Program-made: the position numbers and the translations under genes | Notes under the pieces: generated by a model | Told to the model about the DNA's origin: nothing | Database searches by the model: none | What the model saw: the letters and a program-made list of their open reading frames with translations, nothing else | Shown: piece by piece, positions 41,901-55,606 of the stretch | Layout: each line of letters starts with the position of its first letter | Position numbering within the stretch: the stretch's first letter is position 1 | Assembly: GCA_023213395.1 (NCBI GenBank) | Contig: CM041465.1 | Span: forward strand, 73,353,741-73,417,740 | DNA length: 64,000 bases | Source of the DNA: Cycas panzhihuaensis | Taxonomy: Eukaryota; Plantae; Cycadophyta | Direction of reading: 5' to 3'

Positions 41901-43185
41901 CCAGTGGCGAACATAAATACCATCAGACTCATCTTGGGCTTAGCTGCTCAATGCAAATGGCCTGTTTATCAGATGGACGTGAAGAGTGCCTTTCTAAATG
42001 GCGATCTTCAAGAGGAGGTATATTTGGAGCAACCTCTAGGATACAAAGTACAAGGCAAGGAGCATTTTGTATATTGCCTAAAAAAGGCATTATATGGCTT
42101 GAAACAAGCTCCAAGGGCATGGTATTCAAAGATCGATGACTACTTCTTCAGACATGGGTTTCATCGATTTACTTCAGATCCTAATTTGTATATAAAATAT
42201 GAAAAGAACCATGTAAATTTTGTTGCCTTGTATGCAGATGACTTAGTGATCACTGGTAGTGACACTAAGATGATTCACATTCTCCAAGATGACTTGAAGA
42301 GAAGTTTCGAGATGACAGATCTTGGACTTCTCCATTACCTTTTAGGCTTTGAGATATGGCAACAGGCAGGCTATATCTTCATCTCCCAAGCAAAATATTC
42401 TTGGGACATTTTGTAGCGATCCAGGATGCACGACTGCAAAACAATGCCTACACCTATGGAGAATGGATCTAAGCTTACTCTTAATGAGGAAGCTGCACCG
42501 GCAGATCTCACACTTTACTGGCAGTTGATTGGAAGTCTCATTTATCTCACCAACACTCGACCAGACATTTCATTTGCTGTTGGGATTTGCTCACATTACA
42601 TATCTCAACCCAATCAGATACATTGGAATGCAACCAAACATATACTTAAGTATATCAAAGGCACATTGCAGCATGGCCTTGAGTATGCACATAATGAGAA
42701 CTTCACTTTGAAAGGGTTCTTAGATTCTGATTGGGCAGGTTGCCAAGATAGCAGGAGATCAACCTCGGGATACTGTTTCTCCCTTGGTTCAGTAGTTGTT
42801 TCGTGGAGTTGCAAGAAGCAACCCAATGTTACCTTGTCATCCACTGAAGCAGAGTATAAAGCCACAGTCAGCGCAGCTTGTGAGGCTATCTGGCTATGGC
42901 GAATTCTTGAGAAACTTGGACTTGAGCAGGATCACCCCACCAGGATACATTGCGACAATCAAAGTGTGCTCAAGTTAGCTAAGAATCCAGTCTTTCATGC
43001 ACAGACAAAACACATCGAGATCCACCATCACTTTATCAGAGAGTATGTGCAGAATGGTGAGATCAACCTCCAGTACAAACCTACAGAGGAGTAGACAACA
43101 TACATCTTTACCAAGCCTCTTGGTAGAGAAAAGTTTGTAAAATTTAGAGATGGTCTTGGTGTCTGACTTAACATTGTAAATAGTA
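38996..43185 (+). pseudogene. Copia gag-pol polyprotein (gag, CCHC, protease, integrase, RT, RNase H) with premature stops
   Basis: CHYCGKLGHIAPNC; WIIDS..SQHMT; LWHQCLGH..CEAC; VHSDLCGP..LRTDNGGEF; QMDVKSAFLNG..LYGLKQAPRAW..YADD; DSDWAG..SSTEAEY..CDNQS. Confidence 0.95.
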
Positions 43186-45778
43186 AGGGGGGGTATTAAA
43201 CCTTATGTTTACATGTTAAGATATTGTACTTTGATTTTCATGTAATATATGTACTTTTTACTTTAGAGGTGACTTATCACTTAAGTGATAAAGTGCACAC
43301 CCACATTCTTTCTAGTGACACAACGTTGTCACTAAAGGGTTAAATGGACCCTCATGCATTTTTGCTCACATGAGAGCCCAAAAGGACACATGTCTAACAT
43401 ATAAGACATGTATCTTAGATGTTTGACACTTGTCAAACATCCAAGGCCTTAGGTCTTTCATCTCACTCTATATAATGAGACCTCTTCTCATTGTCTCATA
43501 AGAGAGTTGGAGCTGTATTGTTATGCTGTCAGTTTGCTAATCAAACTGTTCATTCTTTGGAGGTTGGACCAATTCCAACTCCACATATTGGGCATCATTT
43601 TCTCTTGCTATTTCATTTGTGCTTTGTCTCTTTGTTTTCTCTTTACCTTGAGATTATTATACTTGTTTGTATTTGTACAACTAAAACTAGAGTGATCCTA
43701 GTTTCTAGATCTTGGGACTATTGAGGCCATCTAGCCTCTTTTTGAAAAGGGTTAATGACATAAGGTCATTACATTAGTTGATTATTTCGAAAAAGGGTCT
43801 TAAGTGAACTTTAAATTAGATCACTTAAGTGAAATGCACTTTCATGTGCATTATGTGTAATTTCATTTCACCTAACTCAAATGCTCCCTCTCTCAATATA
43901 AAAGTAAATCTCAATGGAGGAGATTCATTCTTACCTCCCCATTTTGTGAGAGCCACTTTCTTTCTCTCAAGTCTCTCTTGCTCCCATGTTTGCCTTTGTG
44001 TTTAGTGCATGGAGATGAAGGATAGATCCACTCTTTTCATGTGGTATCGAGCTTGCTTCCTTCATATTCCCCACTTGCACTTGCAATGGAGCCATCACTT
44101 CCTTCTCCCCCACAATCCATGTGGTGAAGGAGATTGTGAAAGTGAATTTAGAAATATTTTGAAGTTATTACGATAGCATATTTTGTATTGTTTGCTTTTC
44201 CTTTCTCTTTTGCAGGTTTGGAAGCATAATACAAGGAGTTGTAAGGCCCAAGGATTCCAATCCTTTCGACCATTCATGCTATCTCATTCTTCTTTTCTTT
44301 CCTCTTTTTGTCCATTTAACAGGGAAATGCTACCAAATTTTTCCATTTAGAAGAATGATTGTAAGGGAGTTTTACCTATTTTTTTTAAAGAATTGTGAGC
44401 CATTTAAAATATCTATCATTGTATGCTCTCACCTTACCCATATTGGGATCCTGGTGATCAAAAAATGATGGAAATTTCATATGGTATCATGTGCTAATGA
44501 GATATTAGCAAGTTGAAATTTCTGCAGAAATACAATTTGATTACTGAACTTCACAGGTCTGCAAAATCTTCTCTAGGAGATCCAATTGAAGTGATTCCAA
44601 TTGTCAAAGATGGGGCTCTGAGTCTACTTTCTAGTGCAAAAACCGGCACCTAATTTGGATGTCGTATGAGGAAGTTATTGATGTTTTAGTGAACAGTAGT
44701 TATTTTTAGTAAGAATTCTGGAAAAATATAATTTCCTAACTTTGGTACATCAAAATTTTCCGAACTCATTTTGACTGATTCCACTTCACGAAGATGAAGC
44801 TCGAGTCTAGTTTGCGGACAAAACCGGCACTCCATTTCGACATCGTGGGAGAAAGTTATTGCATTTAGTGAGGAGTACTTTTTTTGTATTAACAAAAAAA
44901 AGAAAAAAGTGAAGAAAATTTCTTCCTTTTTATAAGGCTTAAAAGCCCATTGTAAAAGTGAGGAAAAAAACACCTGGATCAGAGCAATATCCGGTGTCAT
45001 CACTCACTTATTAGCATTGCATTTCAACACTCTAAAATCACCCAAAGCAAGCACTCCAAAGACACTTCAAGCAAGCACTTCAAGCAAGCACTCCAAAAGC
45101 ACTCCAAGCAAGCATTATTTTCAGTTAAATGTACGTTTGATGCAATTTGATAATCTTTTCACTCTTCCTAAAAGGAACGCATCACGTACGTTATTTTCCG
45201 CCATCTTGTACCTGTTCACACACTCGCCAAGGTTGAGATACCTTTGTTGGCAGAATGCCGTGCCATAAAGGAGGTGTGGGTTTCAAGTTGGGACTAGACT
45301 AAACCGGAATATTGGTGAGGTTTGGTTAGCCATACCATCGTGCCTCAATCAGGGATCATCCTGATAACCAACCGGAAAAACTAAAACTTTAATACAAGAT
45401 TAAAATATACCCGATCCAATATCCGTCATAGCCATGGGTATGCACGTACCACTCTTTAGAGGAGGTATATTGCTGCTCATTGGTGAACTGGGTGAGGATT
45501 GGGAGTACCTGGGCTCCGTTGTGACTTGGATTTCATCACCAACCACGATTGCGGGTATTGCGGGTGAAGGCCAAATTAATTCTACTAGAAGCCTAGGCAT
45601 CCCTTCAACAACCTCAACTACACGTTGGACACAAGTTAGAGGTTATTGGGTTGATTACGCATCCTACATTCGAGTTTCAAGTTGTGTAAACCCAATGATG
45701 TCAACTTCTACATTGGCCTACAATCTTGTATATTGATCACTTACTTATTTGTAAAAAGTGATCCATAGTGTAATCACA

Positions 45779-45909
45779 ATCATAGTGCTTCTCATATTCC
45801 TGCTGCGTCAGGTTAATATTTGCTACAAGTGTTAGTGGCCAATTTTTATCATAGTGCTTCTCATATTCCTGCTGCGTCAGGTTAATATTTGTCACAAGTG
45901 TTGGTGACT
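45779..45909. repeat. 69-bp tandem duplication in the Copia 5' leader
   Basis: atcatagtgcttctcatattcctgctgcgtcaggttaatatttg at 45779 and 45848. Confidence 0.9.
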
Positions 45910-46069
45910 TTTCTCTAAGTTGCTCCCTTCATCTTTGAGCAACCATTCTCACTTCTTCTTCCTTCTTCTACACTACTTCGTTACATTTCCCATTTGTAAA
46001 TAGTGATCGGTCATTTATTGCCATCACTTTTATAGTCCCTTGTTCATTTCTTCCCTTCTAAAAAGACAC

Positions 46070-47159
46070 AATATCTTCACAGTTCAAGCAAAATGTGAAC
46101 TGCATTCTAAAAGGGAAAGAAAATTAGGACATGTGGTTCACTGGTGTCAGAAATGCTACAAAGTATGAAGGTCTATGGAGAGATCACTTACAACCTACAC
46201 CACTTGTTGCAGCTACAGCTACCACAACTGCTTCAGCAGGAGGTGCTCCAACTGCTCCCACTGAAGTTGTAGCTAAACGCCAATGGGAACTTGATGATGA
46301 TAAAATCCGTGCAGGGATATTGCTTATCACTAATTATTCCCTACATAATCTCATTGATGAAGCTATACATGATACAAAGATGGAAAGTTCTTGAAGTTCT
46401 TAAGAAGAACTTTGACACTAATCGGACTTAGAATTTGTTCACTTAGTGCTGAAGATGAACAAATTGAAAATGCAGAAAGGACATGCAAGTGAGACAATCA
46501 ATCTCCTTCGTCCAATCAAGCAAGCCATTGATAAAGATTTTAAAACTCAATGCATTACATGGGCTTTCTTGATTCAGTCATGTCTCCATATCCCAGATTA
46601 TCAAATTCTATTCGGAGTCTTCAATCCAGTGGAACTTTGAAGACCCAAAACTTTGAGGATCTGACTGATAAGTTCATTGAATTTGATAAGACCTTTGATA
46701 CCAACTTTGCCACTACATCAGATCCAATTGATCGCTTTTGAAGTGGAAGAAGATCTTTGTTACACCAAAAATCAAGGTCAATACTCGTAGAGGTGGTAAT
46801 TCTCGTGGAAGAGGAAGAGGTAGACAACAAGGACAACGTCCTCTTAGTCAACAGGCTCCTCAATTCCAACAAAAAGCGATCTCAAGGCCAAGGCCAAAAT
46901 AATCAACTGGACCTAGATCCAATGAATCGAGAGACAATCTAGCCATTCAATACTTGGGTGGAAATCAAACAATCGTGTGCCAAAGGTGTAATAGAAGAGG
47001 ACATTATGCCAAAAATTGTAGAACTGCCACCAACAAACTACCAAGTTATCAGCGGTAGCCATGGTGCACATAATGTTGATAATACTTCTTTTGAAGATGC
47101 TTTTGGTGGAACGCAATTTGCTCATGCACACCTTCAAAGAATTGGGACCACTTCATCAA
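46070..47159 (+). pseudogene. Frameshifted Copia gag
   Basis: LKGKEN*DMW..WELDDDKIRAGI and zinc knuckle CQRCNRRGHYAKNC (~46977-47018). Confidence 0.8.
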
Positions 47160-47185
47160 ATGAAGGATAGATCCACTCTTTTCAT

Positions 47186-48625
47186 ACGGTACATGGGAGC
47201 TTGTTGATCTACCACTTGGAAGAAAGGTAGTTCAAAATAAATGGGTGTTCAAAAATAAGTATAAATCAGATGGCACCCTAGAAAAACACAAGGCGAGGTT
47301 GGTAGCAAAAGGATTCACGCAAAGGGAAGGTATTGACTACACTGAAATCTTTGCTCCTACAACCAAGTGGCCTACAATCAAAACTCTTATAGCCTTGGTC
47401 GCTCAACAGTTGGAAAATCCACCAACTTGATGTTAAGACCGCATTTCTCAATGGGGACCTTAAAGAAGAAATTTACATGGCTCAGCCAGAAGGATACGAG
47501 ATTGACGGTCAGGAGCATAAAATTTACAGGCTCAAAAGTCCTTATCGGCCTAAAGCAAGCCCCTCGTGCTTGGTTTACCAAGTTGTCACGAAAGAATGAG
47601 GCAACTTGGATATGAGGTTTGTGACTATCAAGATATTGATGTAACATTATTCATCAAGTGCCAAAATGATAAAGTCACTTACCTCTTAATCTTTGTGGAT
47701 GACATGCTCATAACGGGGAATAGTGAACAGGTAATCAACCAGCTGAAGAAGGACCTTGCTAAAACTTTTGAATTGTCTGACCTCGGGTTGATGAAATATT
47801 ACTTGGGAATTGAAGTAACTCAAAGGATGGCAAAATCTTTCCCTCCCAAGAAAAATATATCATCGCTCTTTTGACAAAGTTTCGGTTGGAAGGTGCTCGA
47901 CTACTGGATACACCTATGGAGCCTAATATTAAGCTCTCGGTTGATGGTGACAATAGGGAGGCGGGGCCAACACTCTACAGTGCAACTTGTAGGTAGTCTC
48001 ATCTATACTACCAACACAAGGCGATATTGCACACTCTGTCGGCATTCTTGCAAGATTCATGACAAATCCTAAGCGGAATCATTGGCAAGCCTGTCACAGT
48101 GTTGAGGTACCTAAAGGCGACTAACAAATATGGTGCATTGTATGAACCCAATGTAGAATTTAAACTTTATGCATACAGACTCATACTTTGCGGAGATAAA
48201 GACACAGGAAGATCTACGTGCAGTGCGTAACATTTCTTGGAACATCACTAATATCATGGAGATCCAGACGGAAGATAGTTGCAGACTCAACTACTGAAGC
48301 TGAGTACATCATACGAGAGACAAGCAAGGAGGTGATATGGCTTAGAAAATTGTTGAATACATTAAATGCCACCCAAACAAGTTCTGCTAGCTTACATGTA
48401 GATAATCAATCTACAATCCAGATGGCTAAAAATCTTGTATTTCATGATCGTACCAAACATATAAGTACAAAAGTCCACAGGATTAGAGAACTAGGTCATG
48501 ATGGCACAATTCAATTGAGATCGCCCCACAGCAGATCAAGTGGCGATATCTTCACCAAACCTTGAAGAGGGTGAAGTTTGAACAGTTCCGAAAACAACTC
48601 GGCCTTAGGGCCTCCATCTCTGACT
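47186..48625 (+). pseudogene. Frameshifted Copia RT-RNase H
   Basis: GTWELVDLP, KHKARLVAKGFTQREGIDY, GLKQAPRAW, FVDDMLITG, STTEAEY, VDNQS. Confidence 0.9.
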
Positions 48626-49939
48626 GATTGAAGGAGATGACAATAGGACCATCATACTCTGTCTCCTTCGTGAAAACCCCTTGTGGCGCGGAAGGACAAG
48701 AGTAAGTCTACGCCTATCCCATTCGTGAAAACCCCATGTGGGCGCAAAAGGATAAGGGTTGTATCATTTTGGAAAATCGGAACCTGTGAAAACCCGAAGG
48801 GGCATGGGGGATGACCAAATGGTATATGGAGACTCGATGATTTCGATTACAAAATTTATTGTCTTGATTGGCTATCTGGCTACATTTAAAGAGCTGCCTG
48901 AGCCAGGTTAGTAGATTAGAAAATTTGTGGGTTTTCTTCCCCATGAGGGTTTCCCACAAAAGTATCATACTAGTTTGCTTTGTAAGAGGCTCAAATGAAG
49001 ACCTCATAGGATAGAATAAAATAGAATGAAATGACCTTCTACCATTAAGGGGGAGATTGAAAAGGGTTAATGACATAAGGTCATTACATTAGTTGATTAT
49101 TTCGAAAAAGGGTCTTAAGTGAACTTTAAATTAGATCACTTAAGTGAAATGCACTTTCATGTGCATTATGTGTAATTTCATTTCACCTAACTCAAATGCT
49201 CCCTCTCTCAATATAAAAGTAAATCTCAATGGAGGAGATTCATTCTTACCTCCCCATTTTGTGAGAGCTACTTTCTTTCTCTCAAGTCTCTCTTGCTTCC
49301 ATGTTTGCCTTTGTGTTTAGTGCATGGAGATGAAGGATAGATCCACTCTTTTCACTTTTCACATTGATGATTCATGTCTATCTTATCATGTGGTTATCTA
49401 AGTGGTCTTGGCACTTTAGGATTGGTCTCCACCTTTTACTTATAACATTAATTAACCCATAATAGGTTTTCTTGCATTTTCTTTATGACAAGTAACCTTC
49501 TACTTCATCGGTGTCTTGATTATTAAATCCATTTATCTGATTTTTCATTTGTACATATAAAATTTGATATTGGTAATCATTGCGCTACATTATGTCTTGG
49601 GACATATCATCCCTTTTGATATTAATTCTATAACATAAGGGAGTAAATACTTTATAATCTTATTGTTGCCAGTGAAACAAATCGTTATCAAAACTTATTT
49701 CATCTTCCACATAGGGATCCAAATACAAAACACCCTTTATAGGTTCACATCTATTATCATCATTAAAAAGTGAATTTAATGAGTGATGAACATCTAATAT
49801 TATTTAAGAATCTAAATCATTTTGATCCTCACAGTTCTCATCATCTAAGGAGCTAAAATCTGTAAGTTCCTCACTTATTGTATGATGATTTAAAATTAGT
49901 AGTAATCTCCTACCATTTTATTTGATAATAAGTGTATTA

Positions 49940-50351
49940 CATACCCAGTTTTCAATGACTTGTGCACCATGCAACCATGGTCATCCTAGTAAGGCATCAT
50001 AAGTTGGTGACATTCCATCGATCATTGCAATGACTATGAAGTTTGTGACAAACACGTGATTTGTAATCTAGATCCTTTGTGCCATTAACATTCCTAAGGG
50101 TTGTATTCCATGTCGATTTACAAGCCTTAACTAAAATCATGATGGCCATAAGGTTGATTTTCCCAAGCGTTTATTGATATGATGTTAACTCCAACTTCTC
50201 TGTCCACCATTGTATGTTCTAACTTGCATCCAAGCATTTGCATAGTCAATTCTATATCTTGGTCATCTTTGCAGGTTCTAACATGTTGTTCATCTTGAGG
50301 ATTGTCCTCACCTGGGTCATTTTTCATAGGTTTGTAAATATGAAATTCCAC
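49940..50351 (-). pseudogene. Gypsy-type aspartic protease remnant
   Basis: HTMVDREVGVNII..YDALLG*PWLHGA, resembling the protease at 30138-30431. Confidence 0.6.
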
Positions 50352-50397
50352 TATTATAATCCTTGATTTTTACAATTGTTCTTTTTCTCCCACTCAA

Positions 50398-53300
50398 TGA
50401 TGCAGGAGCATTTAGACTTTCATCATAACTTAAACCACTTTTCACTTTTTAGTCATTTTTCTCTAAATTTTGAGTTGTACTAATTGAAGTATAACCTTCT
50501 ACTTAGTGGTTAGAATTCAGTCATTCTTGCGTCAAAACAAAGGTCTATTTGAGTAGAATAGGTGAAAACAGCATATAACTAGACTGGAAGCCCCATTGTA
50601 AACCCATAGTTTTTAAGCCTAAAAATGATCAAAAAATGCCTAAAAATTGAGATTTATTTTATATGTCTAAAAATAGTAGTTAATTTTATACTAATTTTTA
50701 CTTTTATATAATAATCCTTAGCGGTGTAGTTTTTCTTAACTTAGAAATGCAGTTTTCATTTAATATTTTAGATAATTGAAAAGTTTTTAGGGTTAGGGTT
50801 AGAAGTTTCTGAACTTCCCACTTTTACTTATATAAATGTAATTTTAGATTGTTGTTTGGTAGATTGAATAGAATGGAATGGAATTAGAAGTAAAATGACT
50901 TCTTTTTTTTTGGCTCTTTTTTGTTTTAAGTTTGTGCATGTGAGATTGAATGTTTTCGTGGCAAGTCATCCTTATCATCTAGTACTAGAAGGTAGTTTAG
51001 CTTTAAAGTTAAAGAAAAGAAAAACCACAAAAGTTTGAGGTGTTGTGATGGATATTTATTGAAGAAACTACATAAAAGGTAGAAAAATGCTATTGAAAGG
51101 GTGAGAAAGTGCTCATTGGGGCTTAGGAGCCTTGCAAAAACATTACAAGAGAAGCTTAAAAACCCAAAGTGGTTGGGTAAAGAGAAGAGCAGTAAAAAAT
51201 AGTGGGAAGAGGAGGAAGAATATACTATGCTGAAATAAACAAAAATCTATAGGTGTTGTGGAGGAGGATAGAATAACTTGCTACTATAATATTAAGACAA
51301 AGGCACAAAATAAATACCAATGAAGAAGAGGCATTAAGTGATGATGGTGCAAAACTAGAAGATGGAAAGCCACAAGAACCACAAACAATAGAAGAACGAT
51401 TCTAAAAAGTGCTTAAAGATAAGAGCAATGGAATTGAGATTGACATTCTAGACTACCACAGAAGTTTAAAACTAGAGGAGCTAGTACACTAGCTACATGG
51501 CATGGAGAAGTTTTTCGAATGGAAGGGCATGACTGAAGAAAAGAAGGTAAAGCTTGTATGCACGAAGTTAAAGGGACATGCAACTATTTGGTGGAATCAC
51601 TTGCAGAAGGAGAGGGTGAAGAAAGGAAAAAAAAAAGATTAAAACATGGACCAAAATGGTCAAGAAGTTCAAAGAAAAGTTTCTACCAATTGATTATTCT
51701 CAAACCCTTTTAAAAAAGTTCCGTAACTTAAAGCAGAAAGAAATGACAATACAAGACTACAATGATGAGTTCTATAAACTTTCCATTCATGTAGAGCATG
51801 AAGAGACAAATGAACAAGTCATTGTAAGGTACATAAATGCTTTAAAGTTTTCAATTCAAGATGAGCTTAGCATGCATAGAGTTAAAAGCATGGAAGATGC
51901 ATATCAATTAGCATTAAAAGTAGAAGAAAAGCAAAACAATCATGTTGCTTAAAGGCACTATGTGATGAGAAGAGGTTCATCACCTTTGTACAAAGGTAGA
52001 GGAGGAATCCCCTATGTGAGGAAAGAATCATCTAATAGGATGGAAAGACAAGAAGGAGAGAGGCAGGGTAGAATGTAAGAAGAAAGAGAAACTCAAAACC
52101 AAATTAAAGGAAGAGGATTTCTAGGGGCCTAACTAGGTAGAGGTTTTGGTGGTGGAAGAGGATGGAGAAGACCTTTTGTTTGTTTTAAATATGGAAAAGG
52201 AGCACATAGGCCATTTGAATGCCCTTGTCACCATGAGGAATAATCCCAGAGGCAGGGAAAGCATCCAAGAGTGAATTTGGCCCAAAATAAAAATGGCAAT
52301 GGAGTCATAGCAAATGAAGGTGAGAGTCTAATACTCCAAAGAACCATGATAGCACCAAGACAACAATCCATACAGGATAAAGGAAAGGCGAAGATGGACA
52401 ATGATTCATGGCTACGAACCAACATTTTTAGAACAAGATGTACCATAGGAGGAAATATGTGTAAAGTTACAATTGATGGTGGTAGTTATGAAAATAAGGC
52501 CTCCAATGAAATGGTAGAAAAGTTAAGATTGAATTGTAAAGCACATCTACATCCATGCTACATTTCTTGGTTCAAGAAAGGAAATGAGGTGACTATTGAC
52601 AAGAGATGCTTGGTTAAATTTAGCATCGAGAAATAATATTGCGATGAGATATGGTGTGATGTGATCCTAATGGATGCATGCCATCTACTACTGGGGAGAC
52701 CATAGCAATATGACAAGAATGCCTTTCGTGATAGAAAGAATAATACCTACACATTCTAGAAGGATGGTGTAGAGGTGAAGGTATTACCACTCAAGGAAGA
52801 AGGGCATGTGGAAAGCATGGCGACCACTAAAGAAATTATGAAACATGTATGAGAGGCTGATAGTTGTTATGCCTTGATGGCAAGATAGATAGAGGAGGAT
52901 AGCACGGAGATACTAGAGAATAACATCCAACTTTTAAAGCAAAAGGTAATTGAGGCACTTGTGTTCGCACTGCCAGACTTTGAAAAAGTGTTTGAAGTCG
53001 ATTGTAATGCTTCACATGTTGTAATTGGAGTAGTTCTTAGTCAAGAAATAAGACCTATAGTATTTTACGATGAAAAGCTTAATGGGGTAAGAAGAAGGTA
53101 TTCAACTTGTGACTTGGAATTTTATGCGATTGTCCAAGCTTTGAGGCATTGGAGGCATTATTTCATACTTAAGGAATTTATCATGTTCACTGATCACTAA
53201 ACCTTGAGGCATGTAAATACCCAAAGGAAATTAAATGATAGACATGTTAATTGGGTATCTTATCTATAAATCATTATATTTATTTTGAAGCATGAATCAG

Positions 53301-55050
53301 GGAAATAGAATTATGTTGTTGATGCATTAAGTAAGCGAGTGGCATTATTGACCACCATGGCAAATGAGGTGGTAGGATTTAAAGCCATTAAGGATTTATA
53401 TGACTTAGACCCTAACTTCGAAACAATTGTTAAGCACTATAAGAATCCTTTAATTGAGGGACATAGTTCTTTATGTGATGATTACTTTATACAGGATGGC
53501 TACCTATTTAAGAAAAGATAGTTGTGCATCTAAATAGACTCCATAAAAGAGAACATCATACGAGAGTTGCATAGTAGAGGTCTTGGAGAGCACTTTGGTC
53601 GAAATAAGACCATAGCTTTAGTAGAAGAAAACTATTTTTGGTTTCGAATAAAAAGTGATGTGGCAAGATTTGTGGTACACTACAAGATATGCCAAATGGC
53701 CAAGGGACCTGCACAGAATATTGGCTTATATATGTCCTTACCAGTACCTAAAGGACCATGCACATGCTTGAGCATGGACTTCGTCTTGGGACTACCACAT
53801 ACACAAAGATGTAATGATTCAATTTTTGTCATTGTTAATTATTTTTAGAAAATGGTTCATTTTATTACATGCAAAAAGACAAATGATGCAGTTGGGATAT
53901 CAGATTTATTCTTTAAAGAGGTTGCAAGGTTGCATGGTATTCCGAAGACTATCACTTCGAATCAAGACACAAAGCTCTTGATCCATTTCTAGAAGACTCT
54001 ATGCAAGAAGATGGGAACAAAACTCTAGTTTAGTAGTGCCTACCATCCATAAATTAATGGGCAAACTGAAATGGTGAACAAAGGTTTGGGAAACTTGCTA
54101 AGGCACATCGTTGGGGAGAAGCCTAAATAGTGGGATTGGGTATTGGCATAGGCAAAATTTACGTATAACAGTTCTATGAACATGTCAATATATAAATCAC
54201 CATTTCAAGTTGTATATGGCAGAAACACAAAGGGTGTACTGGATTTAGTGCACCTACCTATTGGGGAAAATATGAGTGATGATGCCAAAGTTTTTTTAGA
54301 GCATATACAATAGATTCATAAGGGATGAGAAAAAAGTTATAGGACAATAATAAAAGGTACAAGGAAATAACAAACATGACTCGCAGACATAAGGTATTTG
54401 AAGAACATGATTTGGTGATGGTTTACCTGAGGAAAGACGAATTTCTCCAAAGGGCCTACAACAAATTCAAATACAAAAAGCTTGGACCATGTCGGGTTAT
54501 AAAAAGGATTAATGACAATGCATACAACGTGAATATGTCTTAACACTTTGATATCTTTTCTATTTTTAATGTTTCAGATCCATATGCATATCATGAAGGA
54601 GATGAAGATGTAGATTATGAAGGTGAAGTGGCAAGTTGGGAGCCCCAAATGCCAAGGAAGAAGCCAGAAGAAACTGAACATGTGTTTGATATGAAGACAA
54701 TGAGCACATGACAGAGAAATTACAACAAATACCTAGTGCAAGTGAAAATGGCCTACGACTGGGTGAAAGGCCCCATTATAGGCTTGTAAATTGCTAGCCA
54801 AAGAATACTCTACAATTACCTAAAAATTGAGATTTATTTTATGCCTAAAAATAATAGTTAATTTTAGACTAGTTTTCACTTTTATGTAATAATCCTTAGT
54901 GGTCTAGTTTTTCTTAGTAGAACTTAACTTAGAAGCGTGGATTTTATTTAGTATTTTAGATAACTGAGAAGTTTTTAAGGTTAGGGTTAGAAGTTTTTGG
55001 ACTTCCTGCTTTCACTTGTATAAATGTAATTTTAGACCGTCTTTTGGCAG
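50398..55050 (+). mobile_element. CRM-like Ty3/Gypsy element, decayed, RT domain deleted, 3' LTR partial
   Basis: 5' LTR tgatg...atca at 50398-50977 with a degenerate PBS. Gag KLKGHATIWW..KFKEKFLPIDY; knuckle CFKYGKGAHRPFEC; protease IDGGSYEN; RNase H FEVDCNAS; integrase SMDFVLGLP. 54741-55050 repeats part of the 5' LTR. Confidence 0.82.
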
Positions 55051-55606
55051 TATGAAGAACCTTTCTCATGAACAACAGACAAAAGCAATAATTCTAGTAG
55101 ATAATGATATATTTACAGTTGTGCACCATAGATAATACTTCTCAATACTAAAGATTACAATAGATAACATAAATTCACAATAGTAAAACCCTTATAAATA
55201 TCATTCAACAGAGATGCACATCATTGATATAGAGATAACAATAGTATATATAAACAATAGATAATAGTATTAACAGAATAATAGCACTTGATACCATGTC
55301 CAGTAATGTTGAATCCTATTCGAAGTGAGAGCGACCCTCCAATAAGCACGAGGCCCTAATGGCACATAGCCATTATACTAAACATAATAGAATTTTCCAA
55401 GACAATTTACAAATGAGGAAGGCTACTTTATTTATAGCCTTCAAAACCAATTTCTTATTTTCCCTCCAAAAAATTGACTTCATAATAAAATAAAATAAAT
55501 GATTCTTCTTTTAATTTTTCTAAAAACTAACATCACCATAATAAATTCCCTTATAAAACTGACTTCCTTTTATTATTTCAGGAATGCTACAATTCCCCTT
55601 CTCTTA
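55051..55606 (-). mobile_element. 3' LTR and PPT of a minus-strand Gypsy-derived element inserted in the CRM 3' LTR; body continues to ~58400
   Basis: CRM LTR homology stops at 55050. The LTR ends tgctaca at 55591, followed by attccccttctctt. An internal PBS-like gcacttgatacca lies at 55284-55296. Confidence 0.6.

Larger units (their letters stand above)
43743..49354 (+). mobile_element. Young Ty1/Copia deletion derivative (gag and RT-RNase H; protease and integrase absent)
   Basis: 297-bp LTRs at 43743-44039 and 49058-49354 differing at 2 sites. TSD ctttt/ctttt, PBS tggtatc-gagc at 44042, PPT aagggggagat at 49047-49057. Confidence 0.95.
35951..49363 (+). mobile_element. Full-length Ty1/Copia element with a ~2.5-kb 5' leader; 3' LTR interrupted 4 bp from its end
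   Basis: 5' LTR 35951-36503; 3' LTR 43194-43742 plus 49360-49363 (about 94% identical by eye). PBS tggtatcagagc at 36506-36517, PPT at 43185-43193, perfect TSD ttgat/ttgat. Confidence 0.96.
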
